The notes under the pieces: model-generated
The model's database searches: none
The model's input: only the letters and a program-made list of their open reading frames with translations
What the model was told of the DNA's origin: nothing
Position numbers and translations under genes: made by a program
In this document: positions 1 to 9,955 of the stretch, one piece after another
Layout: each line of letters opens with the position of its first letter
Numbering within the stretch: the first letter of the stretch is position 1
NCBI RefSeq assembly: GCF_006345805.1
Contig: NC_043012.1
Span: 11,904,001-11,968,000 of the forward strand
Direction: 5' to 3'
DNA length: 64,000 nucleotides
DNA from: Octopus sinensis
Lineage: Eukaryota

Positions 1-1033
1 AAACTAAGTGTAAACACCATTAAAACCTAAAAAATATAAAACAGTACAAACACAAATATATATCCAGAAATGTAGAAAACAAATATAAAAGCGAAAACCA
101 AGTAAAACCGCAAAAAAAACAACCATCAATAAAAAACCTAAAAGGACAAGCATAGCATAGAACTATCGTATAATAAGCAAGAATGTCCATAAGAACCGGA
201 GATCAAGATAAAATAGACCCCTTCCTAGACCACATAGAAGCACACTATTGAGAGATATGCACACACATATGCACAAACACACGCATACACATAAACATGT
301 ACGAGCCCAAATAGAACGTAGACAGATGCTCATTTAGAGGGAGATACAGAGATTCACCGATATTCACACAGCGTTGAAATCTCTGGAGGATGTTACTGTC
401 TTTGAGAGATAGCCGCGAAACTAAATTGAATTTCTCGTCATTCTTATCCCTACTTCCAAATCTATTTGCTGGAAACCCACACGTGCTGTGCGTACATACA
501 TCCACGCACATACTGACACTAACACATACTTACACTCATATGCTCACACACATGTAGACACACACACTGAGAGAGTGAGGAAGAAGGATAGAGGGGCAGG
601 TAGAGAGGGAAATAGAGTGAAAGTATTTGCGACGGAGAGAGAGAGAGAGAGTGCGAGGCACACACGTACGCATACATGTAAACGTATATATTTATATATG
701 TATAATGCATGTGCGTATAAACTATCTTTCGTATATGCTCGTATGTATGTGTGTGTGTGTGTGTAGAGATGTGTATATGAGCGTAGTGATGCGTACATGA
801 GTATATATGCGTGTGTATGGGCGCATATGCGTAGACATATATATGTATATATGTGTGTTTGCATGTATATGTACACGCGTGTGTGAGTATTATATATATG
901 TGTGTGTGTGTGTACGAGTATGTGAGTGTGTATATGTGTGCATAAGCTGATTCTATGAACGAAATTATACGTTCTCCATGTCTATTGGAGTAACTTCTCT
1001 TTCTTCAAGGTTTTTTCATAGCGTTATTTTCTC

Positions 1034-1094
1034 AATAACTGATGAGATGCCGAAGCAGACTTCAGTCCCGGTATCCGAAGCTCTGAGTTTTATT
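1034..1094 (+). ncRNA. Degenerate type I hammerhead ribozyme-like motif
   Basis: AATAA-CTGATGA-[GATGCCG..CGGTATC]C-GAAG-CTCTGAG-TT-TTATT. Stems I, II and III form; GAAA is mutated to GAAG. Confidence 0.5.
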
Positions 1095-1139
1095 ATGACA
1101 GCCAACTAATTGTCACATTCTATATATATATATATATAT

Positions 1140-1190
<51 letters not shown>

Positions 1191-1192
1191 AT

Positions 1193-2588
1193 ATGAGAAA
1201 TTAAAAAAGGAACATACACACACTTACATGATTATAATATAATTTTTAATGTATCGACAGGTTTCGCAATCGCTATTTATGATATAATGTTTAATTTATA
1301 TGAATATATATTTTTTCTTAAAAAAAGTTAACAATGAAATCATACCTTACATTTATTATAAACCAACTGACTCAAAACAATATCTTCTTTTTAACTCATG
1401 CCACCCGAAACACATAAAAATAAACATCCCTTTTAACTTAGCAAAAAGGATCTGCACAATAGTGTCTAATAGAACAACTCGGGACCTTCGTCTTCAAGAC
1501 CTCAAAGCAACACTTATTGAAAGACAATATCCACCCTCTCTTATCGACGAGGGAATTAAACGTGCCAAACAATTAGACACAAAAACACTAAGAACAAAAA
1601 GACAGAGCACCACACCTCAAACCAAAATATTACTTTTTATATCAACACACAACCCCAGAAACAGTGAGCCATTCAACACTATTGTGCAAACTCTCCCTTT
1701 ACTAACTAGAGATTACTAACAAATGCGATGCTTTACAAAACAAACACGAAACCAACGGTTGAAAAATGTGGACCCCCGAACTGTAGCACCTGCCCCAACC
1801 TGCTTGAAGGCTCGGATTTCCTTTTCAAACAAGGACAGAGGTTCACAATAAAAACTAATTTCACCTGTGCCTCTGAGAACCTAATTTAATTTAATAACCT
1901 GCTCGGGTTGCAGTCATCAGTACATTGGACAAACGAGTTTAACTTTGAGGAAGAGAATCACTCTGCATAAGGAGCAAATCCATTTCCCGCAATACAGAAA
2001 AATTCCTCTTAGTGAACACATAGAAAAATGTACTGGTAATATCAAACCAAATTTTACAGTCTTCCCTTTCTACCAGTGCAAAGACACAATGTCTCCACTA
2101 GAACGCTTAAATAAACTTTTTTCATTGAAAAATACAACACGCGTCTCAATATGCAATCATAACTAACTTTTATACTTTTACATATTACATCACTGTACAT
2201 AAATCCCCTACTAAACAAGGTCCCCTTTTTTTAAACCTGTCTCCTTTCTGTACTTATATTTATTCTCCACCCAAAACCTAAACAGTTATCTCCCTTACAC
2301 ACAACAATAACAATAATAACAGCCAATTACCTCCCTTTACTTGTCAACTTGTAAAATCATTCACTCGTGAATTTCATTAAAAACAACATGGACCAAATTT
2401 CTTCTTAAGGAAAAATATATATTCATATAAATTAAACATTTTATCATGAATAGCGATTGCGAAACCGGTCGATACATTAAAAATTATATTATAACCATGT
2501 AAGTGTGCGTATTTTCCTTTTTTAATTTCTTATATACATTACAATCCACCACGTGGGGACAACCGAAATTCCTCTTTTCTATTACTAC

Positions 2589-2590
<2 letters not shown>
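1193..2590 (+). mobile_element. Penelope-like retroelement (PLE), 5'-truncated and degenerate, with an inverted 5' copy of the terminal repeat
   Basis: ORF remnant plus 3' terminal repeat. 1193-1322 is the reverse complement (a few mismatches) of 2405-2533. Embedded in (TA)n on both sides. Confidence 0.9.
1327..2166 (+). pseudogene. PLE reverse transcriptase C-terminus, Cys-rich linker and GIY-YIG endonuclease (frameshifted)
   Basis: Translation gives YYKPTDSKQYLLFNSCHPKHIKINIPFNLAKRICTIVS (PLE RT thumb motif), then KCGPPNCSTCPNL, then FTCASENLI / LITCSGCSHQYIGQTSLTLRKRITLHK (GIY-YIG). There are stops and frameshifts near 1717 and 1887. Confidence 0.9.
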
Positions 2591-2626
<36 letters not shown>

Positions 2627-2639
2627 ATATATATATATA

Positions 2640-2686
<47 letters not shown>

Positions 2687-3619
2687 GTTATGTATATATA
2701 TATATGTGTGTATATGTATGTATATTTATACATGTATATGTATTTATGTACGTGTGTACGTGTGTGTGTGTGTGCATGTGTGTTGTGTGCGTCAGTATAA
2801 ATTCTTATTAATTGTGTGTAGCAGTGTAATAAACAGAGTCCGACGTTTTAACTTTTGTTAGGAAAAAGTGCTTTTCAGTGGACGGTCATGTCCGTCAGCT
2901 AAAGAAATTTTTCGACTCTCCAAAGATGAAGGCCAGCACAACAGCTTTTTCTAGTTATATTTAAAGTACGATTACATTTTTGAGATATATTTTACAGCTG
3001 TTGAATATAATGTTTTATTTTTCCTTTTTTTAAAATAATAAATAAATTTGAGTTAATGAGTTGAATAACTCTTGAGTGTAATTCTCTAAAGTAACAACTA
3101 TCTAGGTTTTAGTTGTCAGACCATCAGACCATTGTTGAATATGAGGGAATACTTGATAAAAGGAAGTAAATATTAATCGTCATATAACTTGTACAATTTA
3201 GGTTTGAGAATTGGCTCAAACAGTTGATAGTTGATACGAAAATATATCAACTACTTGTTGATATAATTTCATAGTTGAACTATCAACAAGTTGGTAGTTG
3301 ATATGAAAGAGTCTCTTGTACAGAGAGTTCTTTCGAAAATAATTACCAAAATATTGTGCATGAAGCACAAAATCAACCCAGTTTAACAATGTGCGAATTC
3401 CTTAAATCAATGGTAATAGCAAAAAAGCAGCAAACTAAAACACTGCGTATACAAGAAAAAAAGGATATTTTATTGCTATCAGCTTATCAAAGCGAGGAAA
3501 TGATGTTCTCAATACTTGACATAATAATTCAGTGGAGCGAAAAGAATATACAATTTGTTTATTCATGTTGCAGAAAAACAGGATTAAATAGATTTTTAGG
3601 TTACATTGAGTGGAAAAAG

Positions 3620-3662
<43 letters not shown>

Positions 3663-3761
3663 TATACATATATATATATATACATACATATATATATATA
3701 TACATAATATATATATATATGCATATGTATATGTATTATATATGTGTGTGTGTGTGGTGTG

Positions 3762-3976
3762 TATATGTTTGTGTGTCTGTGTGTCCACCCTAGCATTGCT
3801 TGACAACCGATGCTGGTGTGTTTATATCCCCGTCACTTAGCAGTTCGGCAAAAGAGACCGATAGAATAAGTACTAAGCTTACAAAGAATAAGTCCTGGGG
3901 TCGATTTGCTCGACTAAAGGCGGTGCTCCAGCATGGCCGCAGTCAGATGACTGAAACGAGTAAAAGAGTAAAGAGT
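3762..3976 (+). mobile_element. SINE family A, 3' half
   Basis: Matches the 3' half of the full copy at 18061-18486 (GACAACCGATGCTGGTGTG...GACTGAAACGAGTAAAAGAG). Confidence 0.9.
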
Positions 3977-4168
3977 AATATACACATATATATACATATA
4001 CATATATATATATATATACATGTATATATACATATAGATGTATGTATGTACATATATGTATGTATATATGCATATATTTATATATTATTTATGTTTTCAT
4101 ATGATCGAACGCCACGCATCCTTTTCCAAGTAAGTTTTATCTATATACACATATATATATATATATAC

Positions 4169-4217
<49 letters not shown>

Positions 4218-4297
4218 TTATTATTATACATATATATACACAAATACATATATATATACATATACATATATATATATATACATATACATATATATAC

Positions 4298-4368
<71 letters not shown>

Positions 4369-4429
4369 CACATATATATATATACGTGTGTGTGTACTCT
4401 CTATCAGAGTCTTTGTGGAAAGCGTTGTG

Positions 4430-4560
4430 ACTTAATAGTGAGGGTGTTGCACTGAAGAACGCAAGATCGTGGTTTCGCTTCTCAGACCGGGCGGTGCATT
4501 GTGCTCATGATCAAAACACTTCATTATTTCACGTTGCTCCAGTTCACTCAGCAGTAAACC
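4430..4560 (+). mobile_element. SINE family C head, degenerate
   Basis: tRNA-like head followed by ...CACGTTGCTCCAGTTCACTCAGC, shared with 13330 and 31690-32010. Confidence 0.55.
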
Positions 4561-5821
4561 GGTTCTTTGAGTTCTTGCACTTGAGACAGTATTTTACTTC
4601 AAAACATCCACAATACGAAAAGAAGCTTATAATATAAAGAGAACAATCCTTTCTACTGTAGGCAAAAGGCCAGATATTTTGAGGAAAAGAGCTCGTCGAA
4701 TATATCGTTCCCAGTCCCTAACTGGTTTTTATTCTATCGATTCCCGAAAAGATGAAAGGCAAAATCGAGCTCGGCGGAATTTGAACGTAGAGCGCAAAGC
4801 CGGAAGGAATATCACTAAGCATTTTGTTATGCCTTGGACCATTCTGTTAGCTCGCAGCTTTGATAGCTTGAATGATGAAACATGACACTTTAATTCAGTA
4901 GTCGAATATTAAATACGAAAATCTTTAATTTTCTAAACTTTCTTAAACTAGAAGGCATTTTCGCTGTCATAGTTATTTAAAATTTTGAACAAATACTCCT
5001 TATAGAGATATATTATCGTTACTTTACAAATCAACTCTGGAAGAAATGGTCAATCTAGCAGTGGTAGAGACATACATTCATACACATATTCCCGGTGATA
5101 TTTTCTATGTTAGTTTTAACGGTAATCCGCTTTTACTTGGATTTAGCCAACTTTTATCGCTTGCTATAGAGGAGGTTGACTTTGATGTAGTAACTGTGAA
5201 CTGTCATTTGCCTAAATTAATGTATGTTTATGCAGACAAAAGGTACGATTGTGTATTTCCTGATATTCATAAACGTGAAAAAATAGTTACAAACAAAATT
5301 AGTGTAGAACAGGCAGTTTACAGGGGAAGGAACAACGCCACAGGTCAAACGTTTTGAGAAATTCAATCGAGAAAGGTGGAGGTAAAAATGAGATGTTTAT
5401 AATCTGTACACCTCCTTCATTACTCTTTCATGTATATTTAATACGTTCAAATTTGCACCAATTCACCTTCATATAGAAGGGATTGTCTTCCTCTATAATA
5501 ATTGCTCACCAGAGGCACATCACACAATTGAGGAATATTTCCGATGAAACACTTTCTACCCCTTTGTAAATTACTACCAACTCTCGCATAAGACATGTTT
5601 CGCCTATTACCTAAATGTCGATGAAACAATTTCAGTATCTTGTTCCCAGTTAAGCTGATCGGGGGAAACGTCAAATTTTACTTTCAACGAGGAAGCAATA
5701 AGCGGAAGAAACTCGAGCCAAATTCAGACTCTTTTCGTTATGAAGAGACGATTAGTGAAACAACAAATTCTGGTAACACTCCAGTAAAATGGTCAATCAC
5801 TCTGCACACACACACACACAC

Positions 5822-5910
5822 ATTTCGAAAGCTGAAACAATGCAAAGCGCATTGTGACTAGCAGTGTATTGCAACATCCGATAGTCTGGCCGATCACGTG
5901 ATCACGTGAT
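5822..5910 (+). mobile_element. Isolated retroposon 3' tail ending in GATCACGTGATCACGTGAT
   Basis: Same tail as the SINE at 14400-14491 (AAACAATGC..CGCATTGTGAC..CACGTGATCACGTGA). Confidence 0.7.
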
Positions 5911-6304
5911 ATATATACTTTTATATCCTTCTATAAATTGGATATACAGATTCTACGAAGCATGTGTAAACATACCTATCTTCCTTCACACGACGTACTT
6001 CAAATTAATCCCCTATACTCGATACTTCAGTAAATACAAACTCTCAGCGATCTCAACCACTTCATACGACTTCCACGAACTCTCAACGACTCCTACAACT
6101 TCTCTCTTTATAAGAGTTCGGCTAGACCATTCTTTCAACCTCACAGGGGTGTCAATGACTCTCGCCACATCTCATCCTTTGAGATTTACTTCCTAGCAAA
6201 TTCTATGACGTCAACAATATATATATATAAATATATCTGCTTTCCATGTACCACGTCCTCAGGTGTTTTTTTTTGTTTTTCTCCGTTTTCTTTTTAATTT
6301 CCTA

Positions 6305-6368
<64 letters not shown>

Positions 6369-7639
6369 ATACATATATATATACATATATATACACATAT
6401 ATACATACACACACACCACACACACACACACGCACATATATATATATATATACAGTTATATAGGTGTATTAAAGAAATGATATAAGCACTAAGCACCTGT
6501 CGTGCTGGTTAAATATCTGTATTAACAGTTTGTAACTTAAATGTGAATGCGCATCACCCAAAGACTTAGGTCTGTGAAAAGTCGTGAAATAAAGACTTAA
6601 GTCACAAAATGATTATATATGTGTGTGTATGTGTGTTTGCATGCATATATGCACGTATGAATATATATATGGATATGTGTGTGTGTCTGCGTATGTATAG
6701 GTGTGTGTGTTTGTATGCAGAAAGCATACAAAAAAGAGAAGCAAAAAGAAAGATCACAGATAGGAGCTTGTCACATTTCTCTGCTTAAACGTGTTAACTT
6801 CGAAACAGTAAAAAAAAAAATGCATCTTCTATCGATTTTCGGTTATACACTTTTAGAAAACAACCCACTTCAAACTGCTTACCTTCACACCATCTTCTGT
6901 CGGTAAGAAAATATTGGCAGACGTCCAAAAATCCCATAATGATATGACTTAAGTAATCAATACATAAGAATATTGAACACTGTCAGTTAGATGGCGCACG
7001 GGGTTGAAAATGCTTTTCTAACAAATAGTAGAGTTATATAGCTGATCGCTTGATGTTGTTTTGGAGTGAATGGGAATAAACCAAATACGACGTAGAAATG
7101 CTAGTCAAAAAACACGCTGGAAAACACGTATTCTCTGTGTAGAATACACTTTGTAGTGCTCAAGAGATTTAAACTGGAGCGGGTAGAGGAGTAAATGTAA
7201 GGAAAAGCAAGTTGGGCAAGTCGATATACAAAAAATATTAAAAACATTTAATATGAAAAATGTACGTGTGTTTACGTATAAGAAGTTTCAAATTACACAG
7301 AATAGAAATGATATCAGGAATTAAAGGGCTTGAATAAGTGTTTTTACGAGTCCAACAGCTGTTTCTGGGTACTTGGTGATCCAAAATAATGATTGCAAAT
7401 TGATTCGATCATCGGATAATACAGCCCTCCGTCTTCAGGGAAGAATTTTACATTTGAGGTGTTGACTAAACGCTAATCACGAAGCAGGCAGGGAGACTTG
7501 CAACTGTCGCGTCTCTCAATTATGTCCTCTTGCAGGCTCCTGTCTACACAAAAATGTAATCTACCATCAAGCAAGAGTATATATAGGCGGCATCGTAGAT
7601 TTCAAGCGTCGCCACCGTGCACACATTTATAACTATCTT

Positions 7640-7835
7640 TTGTTTTCAAACGGATAATTGTTCTGGTTCAAGCACTGCTGATACGTCCAGTAATGGATTC
7701 GCAAACAAGGTTCATGTCATTCGGTAGGTATTTTTGTGCATTCTCGTTCAATAGCTGCCCTCAATATGTTGCCTGTTGCTAGTTTTCTGCCATAAACTTT
7801 ACCTTTTATGCATCCCCATAAAAAAATCCAGTGAA
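7640..7835 (-). pseudogene. Tc1/mariner transposase C-terminal relic
   Basis: The minus strand reads FLWGCIKGKVYGRKLATGNILRAAIERECTKIP...QQCLNQNNYPFE, resembling the 'DFFLWGYLKxKVY' C-terminus of DDxD-type Tc1/mariner transposases. Confidence 0.7.
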
Positions 7836-8004
7836 CTTTGATAGTAAAACAGTTACCGTGCAATTATCTTTTACTGTATGGCATTCGCAATAAATTAGAT
7901 TACTTTGAAAAGCGTATTTGATGACATATAAAACCCTTTTTTACCCCCAAAATGTCTCGAGAAATCACTTCAGTCCTTTCATAGAAATTGCTTTAAATAT
8001 TGGT

Positions 8005-8400
8005 TCAAAATTTTGGCACAACCCCCTGCAATTTCAAGGAAAAGGATAAGAAAATTTCATTAACCCCTGTGGTACTTATTTCATCGACCACAAAAAAATT
8101 AAAGTTGACCGCTGCGGAATTAGAACTCAGAATGTAAAGACGGGCTAAATACCGTTCAGCATTTTACTCGGCGTGCTAACGTTTCTACCAGCTTCCTGCC
8201 TTAAAAATATTGGTCTCAAATTTGGCACATGGCCGGCAAATTCGGGGGAGGGAATAACTCGATTACAACGGCCCCAGTGTTCAATTGGCACATCTATTTC
8301 ATCGACCCCGAAAGAATGAAAGGTAAAGCCGACCTTGGCGGAATTTGAGCTCCGTAAGTAAAGTCGAAAGAAATGCCGCTAAGCATTTTGCCCGGCGTAT
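8005..8400 (-). mobile_element. Two tandem SINE family B copies
   Basis: Each copy has the reverse complement of GGCAGAA.CGTTAGCACGCCG...GAGTTC.AATTCCGC...CTTTCATC...AAGTACCA. Confidence 0.8.
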
Positions 8401-8594
8401 GGAAAAAAATTATAAATATCTTAATGTATCACTACGCGCGTTTTATTTGTGCCTTTGCTTGCTTCGAGTTTTCTCGCTTGTTAAGCAATTTTTTCGTGCG
8501 GTAACGATTTTGTCAAATGCTGTAATACACTGAGAATTTTATTCCTGAAATTGGGATGCGTCTAATATACCATCAAAAACGGTATATGTTACAT

Positions 8595-8750
8595 TATTTC
8601 TTTATTGCCCACAAGGGGCTAAACATAGAGGGGACAAACAAGGACAGGCAAAGGGATTAAGTCGATTACATCGACCCCAGTGCGTAACTGGTACTTAATT
8701 TATCGATCCCGAAAGGATGAAAGGCAAAGTCGACCTCGGCGGAATTTAAA
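8595..8750 (-). mobile_element. SINE family B, 5'-truncated, with long tail
   Basis: ATTTCTTTATTGCCCACAAGGGGCTAAACATAGAGGGGACAAAC...GGCAAAGTCGACCTCGGCGGAATTT. Confidence 0.9.
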
Positions 8751-8865
8751 TACTGTATATGATACATGCCTGTGTGTTGAGTATGCACGTGTGCATTTGC
8801 GTACGTAAGTACAGAGGGAGAGCGGGAGAGAGAGAGAAGAAAAACGAGAGAGGAGGGGGATTGGA

Positions 8866-8902
<37 letters not shown>

Positions 8903-9489
8903 ATGAAAAGAGTCAACGCTATTAAAAATGAAATTAAGTAAAATATACGATGCACTCAGTAAATGAGGGTGATTGAATTTTGGTGACAGAGAAATAAAAT
9001 TGCATGCGAGTTGTGACTGCTGGTAATGGATGGTATTAAGGAAGAAAATTCGAAGAACCAAAATCAAGAGATTTTCAGAGACAGCAGAATAATTGAAGCT
9101 TCAGCGGTATAAAGAAAGAATTATTTAAAAGCTTTATTAAATCAAAGAAATCTAAGGGTGGTGAAGATCTAACACGGCTTTCGGTAAACGCAGCATCAAC
9201 GTTAAAAATCAGAAAAAATATTTAAAAAAGAAGATAAACAGTGAAAAGAAATACAAAAAAAAAGAAATAAGATAATGAAATTTGTGTCCGAGTTGCTTGT
9301 TAGAGATGAAAGTAAAATAAAGAAATTAGTTCATCATTTATTGTCTGGACATGAAATGTTTGCTACTGTCGACTGTGTTAAAATAGGTGGATGTAGCTAC
9401 AATGTTGAGCAAAAGCACCAAAAAATAAGTAAATAAAAAGAAAAAAAAACACATGGAACAAAAAAAAAAAGCGATTTTGGTGTATTTAA

Positions 9490-9955
9490 GTATGTAATAT
9501 TGGTTCCAAATTTTGGCTGAAGGTTAGCAATTACGATTAAAAAACAGGTACTCTCGACTGGTACCTGTTTTATGAACTCCGTCAGAATGAAAGGCAAAGT
9601 CGACTTCGGCGGAATTTAAACTCAGAAGGTAAAGAGGACGAAATACCGTAAAGTATTTCGCCCGGTGTGCTAACGACTCTGCCAGCTCGCCGCCTTATTG
9701 AAGGTATGTAATGTTCTTTTGTAATCTAGGCACAAGGACCGAAATTTCGGGGGAGGGGTCAGTCGATTAGATCGACCCCCAGTATCAGTGTTTCGTCGTC
9801 TTTACGTTCTCAGTTCAAATTCCGCCTGAGTCAACTTTGCTTTCATCCCATTCGGAGTCGATAAAATAAGTACCAGTTGAGCACTGGGGACAATGTAATC
9901 GACATACCCCCTGCTCCCAAGATTGCTGGCCTTGTGCCAAAATTTGAAATCAACG
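9490..9955. mobile_element. SINE family B cluster (two minus copies, one plus copy)
   Basis: 9490-9700 (-), 9715-9785 (-, partial), 9790-9955 (+). Confidence 0.8.

Noticed and set aside
1-250. A-rich LINE-like coding remnant
   Set aside because: There are multiple stops and no diagnostic motif; it cannot be assigned.
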